Positions 21,379 through 31,540 of a DNA stretch of 64,000 bases are shown here, in pieces. Numbering within the stretch: position 1 is the stretch's first letter; the number at the start of each line of letters is the position of its first letter. The notes under the pieces were generated by a model. That model saw only the letters and a program-made list of their open reading frames with translations. It made no database searches and had not been told where the DNA came from. This stretch comes from an uncultured Actinomycetota bacterium (GTDB lineage: Bacteria > Actinomycetota > Actinomycetes > Propionibacteriales > Nocardioidaceae). The stretch covers positions 8,858-72,857 of the forward strand of contig CAVVQG010000015.1 in assembly GCA_963750265.1 (NCBI GenBank). Reading direction: 5' to 3'. A program made the translations under genes and the position numbers.

Positions 21379-23128
21379 ATGCGTATGTCCCGGATGTTCC
21401 TGCGAACCCTGCGAGACGATCCGGCCGACGCCGAGGTCCCGAGCCACCGTCTGCTGGCGCGAGCGGGTTATGTGCGCCGAGTCGCACCAGGCATCTATTC
21501 CTGGCTGCCGTTGGGTCTGAAGGTGCTGGCCAAGGTGGAGCGCATCATCCGCGAGGAGATGGAGTCGATCGGCTCGCAGGAAGTGCGGTTCCCCGCCCTG
21601 CTGCCGCGCGAGCCGTACGAGATCTCCGGCCGTTGGACGGACTATGGGCCCAACGTGTTTCGGCTCAAGGACCGCAAGGGCAACGACATGATGCTCGGTC
21701 CGACGCACGAAGAGTTCTTCACGCTGCTGGTCAAGGACCTCTACTCGTCGTACAAGGACCTGCCGCTCAGCCTCTATCAGATCCAGACGAAGTACCGCGA
21801 CGAAGCGCGTCCCCGCGCCGGCATCCTGCGCGGTCGCGAGTTCATCATGAAGGACTCCTACTCGTTCGACATCGACGATGCCGGGCTTGAGGTGTCCTAC
21901 CAGGCGCACCGCGAGGCGTACGTACGCATCTTCGAGCGCCTCGGCTTCGAGTACGTCATCGTCAAGGCCACCTCGGGCGCGATGGGCGGATCGGCGAGCG
22001 AGGAGTTCCTCGCAGTCTCCGAGACGGGCGAGGACACCTTCGTACGCTCGCCCGGCGGTTACGCAGCCAACGTCGAGGCCGTCACGACCGTCGCGCCCGA
22101 GCCCGATCCCGTACGACGACGCACCTGCGGCGCACGCCGAGCAGACGCCTGACACGCCCACGATCGACACGCTCGTGGATCACCTCAACGAGAGGTTCCC
22201 TCGCGAGGATCGCCCGTGGGCGGCCAGCGACACGCTCAAGAACGTCCTCGTGATCCTGCGCCACCCCGACGGCACCCGTGAGCCGGTCGCGATCGGCCTG
22301 CCGGGTGACCGTGAGGTCGACGCCAAGCGTCTGGAGGCCCAGGTCGCGCCGGCAGAGGTCGAGCCGTTCGAGGAAAAGGACTTCGCGGCGAACCCGGGCC
22401 TGGTCAAGGGCTACATCGGACCGGGGGCGCTCGGCACCGAGGGCAGCACGGGCATCCGCTACCTGACCGACCCCCGGGTCGTCGAGGGCACGCGCTGGGT
22501 GACCGGTGCCAACGTGCAGGGTTCGCACGTCATCGATCTGGTCGCTGGGCGCGACTTCACTGCCGACGGCACGATCGAGGCCGCCGAGGTACGAGCCGGT
22601 GACGAGTCGCCAGATGGCTCGGGCCCGCTCGAGCTCGCGCGCGGCATCGAGATGGGGCACATCTTCCAGCTCGGGCGCCTCTACGCCGAGGCGCTCGGAC
22701 TCAAGGTGCTCGACGAAAACGGCAAGCTCGTCACGGTCACCATGGGCTCGTACGGCGTCGGCGTCTCGCGAGCTGTTGCCGCAGTCGCCGAGTACGCCCA
22801 CGACGAGCTCGGTCTGGTCTGGCCCCGCGAGCTCGCCCCATTTGCCGTGCACCTCGTGGCCGCCGGCAAGGACGAAGCTGTGCTGTCAGCCGCTGAGGAC
22901 GTCTACGCCGAGCTCATCGGCGCGGGACTCGAGGTGCTGTTCGACGATCGAGTCGGCAAGGTCTCGCCGGGCGTGAAGTTCAAGGACGCCGAGCTGATCG
23001 GTGTGCCCACGATCGTCGTGGTCGGCAAGGGCGTCGTCGACGGTGTGGTCGAGGTCAAGGACCGCGCCACCGGAGAGCGCACTGACGTGGCGATCGGCGA
23101 TGTCGTCGCACACGTGCAGGGCATGTGA
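21379..23128 (+). CDS. proS: Proline--tRNA ligase (frameshift ~22105)
   Basis: [23 protein letters not shown] in ORF 21379; [21 protein letters not shown] in ORF 21878. Confidence 0.95.
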
Positions 23129-23138
23129 CGACCTGAGA

Positions 23139-23540
23139 TCAGGGCAGGCCGGGAAATGCTCTGGCTGTACCGCCCCAGTCGAGCTCGGTGAGTGCTGCCT
23201 GACGTACCGACGTGGTGGCGTGGTCTCTGGCCTTTCCTGAGGCCTCTCCCACCAGGACGAGACATGCAGCGGCGATGCGGCTCTCGACATCGCGTACGGC
23301 AGAACGTGCCTCGGCAACGCTCGACAGCGGACCGACCTCGTAGGCCAGGGCTGTGGCGGCCGGTTCTGCACCGGCATCGCTCAGTCGTGCAAGTAGGTCG
23401 TCGCGGGTCAGCAGGTGCTTGTCACGGGTTTGCCGCGAGAGCGTCGCGAGCTCACCGAAGCGCGAACCGACCACAGGAAGCAGCCAGATCGCCTCGTGCT
23501 CGAGGGTCAACCATGTCTGCATGGCAGAGATCTCGCTCAT
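23139..23540 (-). CDS. DUF4439 ferritin-like domain protein
   Basis: EHEAIW, C-terminal W.G...AFPGLP; conserved position opposite rimP. Confidence 0.8.
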   Translation of the reverse strand: MSEISAMQTWLTLEHEAIWLLPVVGSRFGELATLSRQTRDKHLLTRDDLLARLSDAGAEPAATALAYEVGPLSSVAEARSAVRDVESRIAAACLVLVGEASGKARDHATTSVRQAALTELDWGGTARAFPGLP

Positions 23541-24028
23541 GAGATGTCCCCGATAGTTCGTGACGCCTGGGCGAGACCTGCCGACATCGACGACAGGACG
23601 CGCGCGAGAGCCGGTGAGACGGCCCGTAGCGAGTCTTTGGCTCGCGCCGTGGACGCGCCGTCCAAGGTCTGCTCGAGGGCCTTCAGGGCGCGTGCAGGGT
23701 CGCTGTCGATGGCCTCCGCCGATGGGACACCGGACGGGCCGCCGACCGCGTCCACGTGCTCCTGACCGATCTTGGCGATGGGAGCGAGCGTGTTTGCCAG
23801 CTCGGGATGACGGGCACTGGTCAGCTCAATCTTGGCCAGCACGAGATTTTGCGCCTGGGCCACGGCAGCGATCAGTGTCTCGTCGCTGGCGACCGGACGG
23901 GGACGCGGTTTGATGCCGATCGAGTCGGCGATGTCGTCCAGCCGATGCGTCGCCGCACCGACGCCGACCGCGGCCGTCAGGGCCAGAGCGCCGGCGCCAG
24001 TCCCAAGCAGAGCGCGGCGGCTGATCAC
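23537..24028 (-). CDS. Tat-signal hypothetical protein (partner of DUF4439)
   Basis: SRRALL plus hydrophobic segment; ATGA overlap with DUF4439. Confidence 0.7.
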   Translation of the reverse strand: MISRRALLGTGAGALALTAAVGVGAATHRLDDIADSIGIKPRPRPVASDETLIAAVAQAQNLVLAKIELTSARHPELANTLAPIAKIGQEHVDAVGGPSGVPSAEAIDSDPARALKALEQTLDGASTARAKDSLRAVSPALARVLSSMSAGLAQASRTIGDIS

Positions 24029-24119
24029 AACGGCAGGTTATCGACCAACGTTCGCTAAGGTAGAGGCGACACCGGGCACGGTGTCGACGTGCGTCACAAA
24101 AAAACAGGGAGGACGAGCC

Positions 24120-24572
24120 ATGAAGGAACGGCTGGAGACCCTCGTGAGTGAATGCGTGTCGACGCTTGGTCTTGATCTTGAGGCGGTCGAGCTCAGTGCG
24201 GGTGGCCGACGCAAGGTGCTGCGCATCGCCCTCGATGCCGATGGCGGAATCGGTATCGACCACATCACCGATGCGACGCGCGCGATCTCCGAAACTCTGG
24301 ACTCCTCCGATGTGATGGGCGCCGAGCCCTACACGCTCGAGGTCACCTCCCGTGGCGTCGACCGGCCGCTGACGCACCCGCGTCACTGGCGCCGCAATGC
24401 TGGGCGCCTGGTTCGGGTGACCCTCGAAGACGAGACCACGCTCGATGCCCGCATCGGCGACAGCGACGACACCGGTGTCGAGCTGACCACCAAGAAGGAC
24501 GCAACCCGCGTCTCATACGACCAGATCGTGACGGCACTCGTGCAGACCGAGCTGAACAGGAAGGACGCCTGA
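24120..24572 (+). CDS. rimP: Ribosome maturation factor RimP
   Basis: [14 protein letters not shown]; GGAGG RBS; first gene of the nusA operon. Confidence 0.95.
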   Translation: MKERLETLVSECVSTLGLDLEAVELSAGGRRKVLRIALDADGGIGIDHITDATRAISETLDSSDVMGAEPYTLEVTSRGVDRPLTHPRHWRRNAGRLVRVTLEDETTLDARIGDSDDTGVELTTKKDATRVSYDQIVTALVQTELNRKDA

Positions 24573-25636
24573 TGGACATTGACATGGCAGCCCTGAGAGC
24601 GCTGGAGCACGAGAAGGGCATCTCGTTCGAGGTGGTCGTCGACGCGATCGAGACCGCCTTGCTCTCGGCGTATCACAAGACTTCGGGGTCATTCCCGAAT
24701 GCGCGGGTGGAGCTCAACCGCAAGAGCGGACACGTCATCGTGTGGGCCAAGGAGCGCCTGGCCGACGAGGACGTTCCCGTCGGCTCGGACGAACCCCTTG
24801 AGCGACCCGCTCCCCGTTTCACCGAAGAGTTCGAGCACACGCCCGACGACTTCGGCCGCTTCGCCGCGACGATCGCTCGCCAACTGATCATGCAGCGCAT
24901 TCGCGATGCCGAGGACGAGGCCAAGTACGGCGAGTTCTCCGGCCGCGTCGGCGATATCGTCTCGGGCGTCATTCAGCAGAGCCGGCCTGGCGACGTCGCG
25001 CTCGACCTGGGTCGTCTCGAGGCGATCCTGGTGGCCTCCGAGCGGGTGCCGGAGGAGAAGTACGCACACGGCGAGCGCCTCAAGGCCTATGTCTACGAGG
25101 TCGAGAAGGGCCTGCGCGGGCCCCGGGTCAAGGTGTCCCGTACGCATCCCAACCTGGTGAAGCTGCTGTTCGCTCTGGAGGCGCCCGAGATCGCCGACGG
25201 GTCCGTCGAGATCGTGGCGATAGCCCGTGAAGCCGGTCACCGGACCAAGATCGCGGTGCGGGCAAATGTGCCGGGCATCAACGCGAAGGGATCCTGCATC
25301 GGGCCGATGGGTTCACGGGTCCGCAATGTCATGCACGAACTGCACGGCGAGAAGATCGACATCGTTGACTACAGCGACGATCCGGCAGAGTTCATCGCGC
25401 ACGCGCTCTCGCCCTCGCAGGTCAAGGGTGTGACGCTGGTCGACCCGACCACACGCTCGGCGCGAGTCGTCGTTCCCGATTTCCAGTTGTCGCTCGCGAT
25501 CGGCAAGGAAGGGCAGAATGCGCGGCTCGCCGCAAAGCTGACCGGCTGGCGCATCGACATCCGCTCCGACACCGAGGTCCCCGCAGCAGGGGACGGCACG
25601 GGAACCGATGGCGCACCTGCCTCCCGAAACGGGTAG
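24572..25636 (+). CDS. nusA: Transcription termination/antitermination factor NusA
   Basis: S1 and KH domains: [43 protein letters not shown]. Confidence 0.97.
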   Translation: MDIDMAALRALEHEKGISFEVVVDAIETALLSAYHKTSGSFPNARVELNRKSGHVIVWAKERLADEDVPVGSDEPLERPAPRFTEEFEHTPDDFGRFAATIARQLIMQRIRDAEDEAKYGEFSGRVGDIVSGVIQQSRPGDVALDLGRLEAILVASERVPEEKYAHGERLKAYVYEVEKGLRGPRVKVSRTHPNLVKLLFALEAPEIADGSVEIVAIAREAGHRTKIAVRANVPGINAKGSCIGPMGSRVRNVMHELHGEKIDIVDYSDDPAEFIAHALSPSQVKGVTLVDPTTRSARVVVPDFQLSLAIGKEGQNARLAAKLTGWRIDIRSDTEVPAAGDGTGTDGAPASRNG

Positions 25637-25913
25637 ACTGACAGAGGTCCTTCGTACGTGCATCGGTTGTCGAGAGCGTGCGGACAAGACCACTCTGGTG
25701 CGAGTCGTCGCAGTGAAGGAGTCCACGGCAGTTGTCGTGGCGCCCGATCTGAGCCGTTCGTTGCCGGGTCGAGGGGCGCATCTTCACCCCACGGCACGGT
25801 GCCTGGAGCTCGCGACACGACGCAAGGCCTTCGGTCGGGCCCTTCGAATTGAAGGTCCGCTCGACCTGACACGGCTGAGCATCTTGATCGACGAATCAAC
25901 AACTGCTGAATGA
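25608..25913 (+). CDS. ylxR: YlxR (DUF448/RnpM) RNA-binding protein; start uncertain
   Basis: [22 protein letters not shown]. Confidence 0.88.
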   Translation: MAHLPPETGRLTEVLRTCIGCRERADKTTLVRVVAVKESTAVVVAPDLSRSLPGRGAHLHPTARCLELATRRKAFGRALRIEGPLDLTRLSILIDESTTAE

Positions 25914-26064
25914 CCACGAGGAGCGCACCCGCTCCCTGACCACGAATCGGAGCACCCCGCTCATGACGAACCGATGAGTACTCCCTGATGAGTACTGACC
26001 GATGAGTATGCACGTCAACTAGTGGTCTGATCCTTCTTCGGGTCGGACCCCCCGAAGGAGAAAA
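25910..26064 (+). promoter_or_regulatory. infB leader: chain of overlapping micro-ORFs plus alternative hairpins over the infB RBS
   Basis: uORFs 25910-25939, 25963-25977, 25974-25988, 25988-26005, 26002-26022, 26022-26030; hairpins 26024-26049 versus 26033-26060 (covers AAGGAG). Confidence 0.65.
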
Positions 26065-28851
26065 GTGGCTGTAAGAGTCCACGAGCTCGCCCGCGAGTTC
26101 GGTGTCGAGAGCAAAGTCGTCCTGTCCACCCTGAAAGACATGGGTGAGTACGTGAAGTCGGCTTCATCGACCGTCGAAGCGCCCGTCGTCCGTCGCCTCA
26201 CTGAGGAGCACGGCGATGCGCTGCGCGCCCAAGGTGCCAAGAAGTCCGGTGGCAAGGCGGCGGCCAAGAAGGCTGCCCCCGCGCCGGCGGAGACCGCTGC
26301 GACCGCTGAGGCCTCCACTGAGGAGTCCGCACCCGCTGCGGAGCCCGCGCCCGCTGCGGCCGCGACCCCCGGCCCCAAGCCCGGTCCGCGCGTCGCCCCC
26401 GCACCGGAGCAGCCTGCTGCAGAGGTGCCGGCCGAGGCGCCCGCCGCAGAAGCGCCGGCCGCAGAGGTCGAAGCTCCTGCCGCGGCTTCGGACGCACCCG
26501 CCGAGACCCCTGGCGCACCCGGAGGAGCCCGTCCCGGTCCCCGTGCGCCCGGCGCTGGTGGAGCGCGTCCCGGTAACAACCCGTTCTCATCGACGCAGGG
26601 CATGCAGCGCGCCCCGCGTCCGCCTGCCGCACGCGAAGGCGGAGCACCTGCTCCAGGCGTTCCCGGCATGCCACGACCCAACCCGGCGATGATGCCGCGT
26701 CAGTCCGGCCTCGGTGGCCCTCCCACGAGCCGCGATGCGGCACGTGGCGGCCCCGGTGGTTCACGTGGTGGCGCGCCCGGCCGCGGAGCACCCGGCGGGT
26801 TCGCCGGTCGCCCCGGCGGCGGTGGAGCGCCCGGTCGCGGTCCCGGTGGAGCACCCGGCGGTGGAGGCGGCTTCGGTCCGCCCCGCAGCGGTGGCGGTCC
26901 TGCCGGTCGCAACACCCGAGGCGGAACGCAGGGTGCATTCGGTCGCGCTGGTGGTCCGGTGCGTCGTGGACGCAAGAGCAAGCGCGCCAAGCGCCAGGAA
27001 TACGACCAGATGCAGGCGCCCGCAATCGGCGGCGTCCGCGTACGCAAGGGTGACGGCGAGAACGTACGTCTGACCCGTGGCTCGTCGCTCAGCGACTTCG
27101 CCGAGAAGATCGGCGTAGACGCAGCGTCGCTCGTCGAGGTGCTGTTCCACCTCGGTGAGATCGTCACGGCGACTCAGTCGGCCAACGACGAGACGCTGAT
27201 GCTGCTCGGTGAGGAGCTCAACTACACCGTTGAGATCATCTCGCCCGAGGACGAAGACCGCGAGCTGCTCGAGTCGTTCGACCTGGAGTTCGGTGAGCAC
27301 GAGGGTGATGACGATGACCTCGCGCCCCGTCCTCCGGTCGTCACGGTCATGGGTCACGTCGACCACGGAAAGACCAAGCTCCTCGACGCGCTGCGCAGCA
27401 GCAATGTCGTCGACAAGGAGGCCGGTGGCATCACGCAGACCATCGGCGCCTATCAGGTCGCCACCGAGGTCGACGGCACCGAGCGCAGGATCACCTTCAT
27501 CGACACACCCGGTCACGAGGCGTTCACCGCCATGCGAGCCCGTGGTGCACAGGCGACCGACATCGCGATCCTCGTGGTCGCCGCAGATGACGGCGTCATG
27601 CCCCAGACGGTCGAGGCGCTCAACCATGCCAAGGCCGCGGGTGTCCCGATCGTGGTCGCGGTCAACAAGGTCGACAAGCCTGACGCCGACCCGACCAAGG
27701 CGCGCGGTCAGCTGACCGAGTACGGACTGGTCCCGGAGGAGTACGGCGGCGACACGATGTTCGTCGACGTCTCGGCCAAGGCCGGCACGGGTCTCGACAC
27801 GTTGCTCGAGTCGATCATCCTCACGGCAGACGCCTCGCTCGACCTGCGCGCCAACCCCGACCAGAACGCCGAGGGTCTCGTCATCGAGGCGCACCTCGAC
27901 CGTGGTCGCGGCCCTGTCGCAACAGTGCTGGTTCACCGCGGAACCCTCAAGGTCGGCGACTCGATCGTCGCCGGTCCGGCCTTCGGTCGAGTCCGCGCTC
28001 TGCTCGACGAGCACGGCGAGAACATCGAGGAAGCCACACCGTCGCGTCCTGCGCTGGTGCTTGGTCTCACCGCGGTGCCGGGTGCAGGTGACAACTTCAT
28101 GGTCGTCGCCGACGATCGTCTTGCACGTCAGATCGCCGAGAAGCGTGAAGCACGTGAGCGCAACGCCCTCCTGGCGCAGCGCAGCGGTCGCCGGACGCTC
28201 GAGGACTTCATGTCATCGCTGGAGAAGGGCGAGACCGACGAGCTGCTCCTCATCATCAAGGGTGACGGTTCGGGTTCGGTCGAGGCACTCGAAGATGCCT
28301 TGGCGACGATCGATGTTGGCGAAGGTGTCGCCCTGCGCGTCATTGACCGCGGTGTCGGTGCCATCACCGAGACCAACGTCATGCTGGCCGCCGCATCCAA
28401 CGCCGTCATCATCGGCTTCAACGTCCGCCCGCAGGGCAAGGCGACGGAGGTCGCTGACCGCGAAGGCGTCGAGATCCGCTACTACTCGATCATCTACAAC
28501 GCGATCGAGGAGATCGAGGCATCGCTCAAGGGCCTGCTCAAGCCGGAGTTCGAGGAGGCGCAGCTCGGCACCGCCGAGATCCGCGACATCTTCCGCTCCA
28601 GCAAGATCGGCAACATCGCCGGCTGCATGGTCACCGGTGGCGTCATCAAGCGCAACGCCAAGGCACGGCTCCTGCGAGACAGCGCCGTCGTGGCCGAGAA
28701 CCTCGACCTCGGAAGCCTGCGTCGCGAGAAGGACGATGTGTCCGAGGTCCGCGAAGGCTTCGAGTGCGGCATCGTGCTCAAGGGCTACAACGACGTCAAG
28801 ATCGGCGATGTCATCGAGACATACGAAATGCGGGAAAAGGTTCGAGCCTGA
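26065..28851 (+). CDS. infB: Translation initiation factor IF-2
   Basis: RVHELA N-terminus, [20 protein letters not shown]; AAGGAG RBS. Confidence 0.98.
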   Translation: MAVRVHELAREFGVESKVVLSTLKDMGEYVKSASSTVEAPVVRRLTEEHGDALRAQGAKKSGGKAAAKKAAPAPAETAATAEASTEESAPAAEPAPAAAATPGPKPGPRVAPAPEQPAAEVPAEAPAAEAPAAEVEAPAAASDAPAETPGAPGGARPGPRAPGAGGARPGNNPFSSTQGMQRAPRPPAAREGGAPAPGVPGMPRPNPAMMPRQSGLGGPPTSRDAARGGPGGSRGGAPGRGAPGGFAGRPGGGGAPGRGPGGAPGGGGGFGPPRSGGGPAGRNTRGGTQGAFGRAGGPVRRGRKSKRAKRQEYDQMQAPAIGGVRVRKGDGENVRLTRGSSLSDFAEKIGVDAASLVEVLFHLGEIVTATQSANDETLMLLGEELNYTVEIISPEDEDRELLESFDLEFGEHEGDDDDLAPRPPVVTVMGHVDHGKTKLLDALRSSNVVDKEAGGITQTIGAYQVATEVDGTERRITFIDTPGHEAFTAMRARGAQATDIAILVVAADDGVMPQTVEALNHAKAAGVPIVVAVNKVDKPDADPTKARGQLTEYGLVPEEYGGDTMFVDVSAKAGTGLDTLLESIILTADASLDLRANPDQNAEGLVIEAHLDRGRGPVATVLVHRGTLKVGDSIVAGPAFGRVRALLDEHGENIEEATPSRPALVLGLTAVPGAGDNFMVVADDRLARQIAEKREARERNALLAQRSGRRTLEDFMSSLEKGETDELLLIIKGDGSGSVEALEDALATIDVGEGVALRVIDRGVGAITETNVMLAAASNAVIIGFNVRPQGKATEVADREGVEIRYYSIIYNAIEEIEASLKGLLKPEFEEAQLGTAEIRDIFRSSKIGNIAGCMVTGGVIKRNAKARLLRDSAVVAENLDLGSLRREKDDVSEVREGFECGIVLKGYNDVKIGDVIETYEMREKVRA

Positions 28852-28963
28852 CAGCCGCGTAGGCATCGAGGGGCCGGGTCGGGCGCGTGGGACGCGTCAG
28901 GCCCGCCCCCTGGTCGCCTCGTCGACATCCCCAGTTCGATGAGTTGAGTAGCGAGGGAAAAGC

Positions 28964-29398
28964 ATGGCGGGTCCACGGAATGCGAAGGTCGGCGACCGGA
29001 TCAAGGTGGTCGTTGCACAAATGCTGGAGCGCCGGGTCAAGGATCCGCGCCTGGGCTTCGTGACGATCACCGATGTCCGGATGACCGGCGACGGTCAGCA
29101 GGCGTCGGTGTTCTACACCGTCATGGGCGACGAGACGGCACGGGCTGAGACGGCTGCGGCGCTCAGGAGCGCGACAGGTCTCATCCGGTCAGAGGTCGGA
29201 AAGCAGCTCGGTACGCGTATCACGCCGTCGATCGAGTTCTTCCTGGATGCTGTGCCCGAGACCGCCAAGGAGATCGAGGACCTGCTCGCCAAGGCGAAGG
29301 CCGCCGATGACGCCGTCGCGGCGCAGTCAGCCGGCGCCACCTACGCCGGTGACGCCGATCCGTACAAGAAGCCGCACGAGGACGACGAGTCCGAGTGA
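28964..29398 (+). CDS. rbfA: 30S ribosome-binding factor A
   Basis: [20 protein letters not shown]. Confidence 0.96.
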   Translation: MAGPRNAKVGDRIKVVVAQMLERRVKDPRLGFVTITDVRMTGDGQQASVFYTVMGDETARAETAAALRSATGLIRSEVGKQLGTRITPSIEFFLDAVPETAKEIEDLLAKAKAADDAVAAQSAGATYAGDADPYKKPHEDDESE

Positions 29399-30268
29399 AC
29401 GACTCGGGGCTCGTCGTCGTCGACAAGCCATCCGGTTGGACCTCGCACGACGTGGTCGGCCGTATGCGCCGGCTCGCCGGCACCCGCAAAGTTGGGCACA
29501 GCGGCACGCTCGATCCGATGGCGACCGGGGTGCTGGTCCTGGGCATCAACCGGGCGACAAGGCTGCTTGGCCACCTGACTCTGGCCGACAAGGAGTATCT
29601 CGCCACGATCCGGCTCGGTCAGTCAACGATCACCGACGATGCCGAGGGCGACGTCGTGGAGACCGCGTCGGTTGCACATCTCGACGAAGCAGCTATTCGT
29701 GCGGTCCTGGGGCCGCTCACGGGCGACATCCAGCAGGTGCCGTCATCGGTCTCGGCGATCAAGGTCGACGGCGTGCGGTCGTATGCCCGGGTCCGGTCAG
29801 GCGAAGACGTTGCACTGAAGGCGCGTCCCGTCCGCGTTTCGGTCTTCGAGGTCATCTCCTCGCGCCGCGAAGGGGACTACTTCGACGTCGATGTTCGTGT
29901 CGTGTGCTCCAGCGGTACGTACGTGCGGGCCCTCGCGCGAGACCTCGGCGCTGCGCTGGGCGTCGGTGGACACCTCACCGCCCTGCGACGTACGCGGGTC
30001 GGAGCCTTCGCCCTCGACCGAGCGCACACTCTCGAAGAGCACGAGAAGGAGCTGACCGTGATCGCGCTCGACGACGTTGCGAGGTCGAGCTTTGCCGACA
30101 TATGAGCTGAGCGAGCATCAGGCAGCTGATGTCCAGTTCGGACGGACTCTTCCGGGAGTCGAGCTCGGTGCTGACGGACCGGTCGCGGTGTTTTCGCCTG
30201 CCGGCACGTTCCTCGCCCTCTACGAACAACGAGGCGGCGACGCCAAACCAATCGCGGTGTTCGTCTAG
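29395..30268 (+). CDS. truB: tRNA pseudouridine(55) synthase (frameshift ~30098)
   Basis: [20 protein letters not shown]; C-terminal domain in ORF 30077..30268. Confidence 0.94.
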
Positions 30269-30279
30269 GGTTGGCGACC

Positions 30280-31521
30280 ATGGGACTGAGGCCAGTGGCG
30301 AGAAAATTTGTGCGCCGCGGCTTCTTGACCATGATCGTGCTGCAGATCGTGACGATCGGCACCTTGATGATCATCACCAAGGTCCGCAAGATCCTGCGTG
30401 GCCGCTCGGCAACGCCCTTCCCGGTGACGCCGCCGCGGCCAATTGCGATCGGGCAGGGCACCGCGACGGCATACACCTACGGCGCCGACCTGTACGAGGA
30501 CATGCTGGCGGCGATTGACGCTGCCCAGGAACGCATCCTGTTCGAGACCTACATCATCAAGGCCGACGCGATGGGGGAGCGGTTCAAGCAGGCTCTGGTC
30601 CGAGCCGCCGATCGAGGCGTTGAGGTGTACGTCGTCTATGACGTGTTCGCCAATCTCGTGGTCAGGCCGAGCTTCCTGAGGTTCCCGCCATCGGTCCACG
30701 TGCTCCGCTATCCGATCTACGCGGGTGGATGGAATGTCTTCAGTCCGCGCAGCTATGGACGTGACCACCGCAAGATCCTGGTGATCGATCAGGCCGTCGG
30801 CTACATCGGTGGATTCAACATCGGGACCTTGTACGCCACCGAATGGCGCGACACCCACGTCAAGATCGTCGGGCCGTCGGTGTGGGATCTCGACAACGCC
30901 TTCGTCGACTTCTGGAACCTTCGCGACGACCCCACGGCGAAGCCACTCGACCAGCTCGGTGAGGCCAGCTGGGAGCCGCAGGTACGTGCACATCGCAACG
31001 TCCCCCGACAGCTGCTCTTCCCGATCAGAGGCATGTACCTCGAGGCGATCGACCGGGCCAAGGACCACATCTACATCACTGCGGCGTACTTCATCCCTGA
31101 CCGCGACATCCTGCGAGGTTTGATCGAGGCGGCGAGGCGTGGTGTCGACGTGCGCATCTTGGTGCCCGAGGTGTCCAACCACGTCGCGACGGACGTGTTG
31201 TCACGCGGCTTCTACGGCTCGCTGCTGCGTGGCGGTGTGCGCATCTTCCTGTACCAGGACTGGATGGTGCACGCGAAGACCGCCACGATCGACGGTCGGT
31301 GGACCACAATCGGCACCGCCAACATCGACCGGCTGAGCCTGACCGGCAACTACGAGATCAACATGGAGTTCCTCGACGCCGGTCTGGCCGCCGAGATGGA
31401 GACGATTTTTGCGAACGACTCGTCGATCGCGCGTGAGCTCAGTCTGGCGGAGTGGAATTCGCGTCCGTGGGTGTCCCGCGCGTGCGAGCTGATCGTGCGG
31501 CCCTTGCGGCCCCTGCTCTGA
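30280..31521 (+). CDS. Phospholipase D family / cardiolipin synthase-like protein
   Basis: Two HKD motifs: DHRKILVID and HAKTATID. Confidence 0.88.
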   Translation: MGLRPVARKFVRRGFLTMIVLQIVTIGTLMIITKVRKILRGRSATPFPVTPPRPIAIGQGTATAYTYGADLYEDMLAAIDAAQERILFETYIIKADAMGERFKQALVRAADRGVEVYVVYDVFANLVVRPSFLRFPPSVHVLRYPIYAGGWNVFSPRSYGRDHRKILVIDQAVGYIGGFNIGTLYATEWRDTHVKIVGPSVWDLDNAFVDFWNLRDDPTAKPLDQLGEASWEPQVRAHRNVPRQLLFPIRGMYLEAIDRAKDHIYITAAYFIPDRDILRGLIEAARRGVDVRILVPEVSNHVATDVLSRGFYGSLLRGGVRIFLYQDWMVHAKTATIDGRWTTIGTANIDRLSLTGNYEINMEFLDAGLAAEMETIFANDSSIARELSLAEWNSRPWVSRACELIVRPLRPLL

Positions 31522-31540
31522 CACGGCCTAGGCTCATCCC

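Noticed and set aside
22095-22115. Programmed frameshifting in proS, truB, dapA, dapB, folA
   Set aside because: No slippery heptamers or stimulatory elements are evident; scattered indels across many genes point to assembly error.
25973-26008. GATGAGTA repeats as a mini-CRISPR or a DNA-binding iteron
   Set aside because: Repeats of 8 nt with 6-nt spacers are far too short for CRISPR and no cas genes are present. The 14-nt period is off helical phase, and the start/stop overlaps explain the repeats better.
26250-26960. Low-complexity Ala/Pro/Gly/Arg repeats
   Set aside because: Normal disordered N-terminal region of actinobacterial IF2.
28868-28920. GC-rich hairpin between infB and rbfA
   Set aside because: Ordinary intercistronic stem-loop with no further distinguishing signal.
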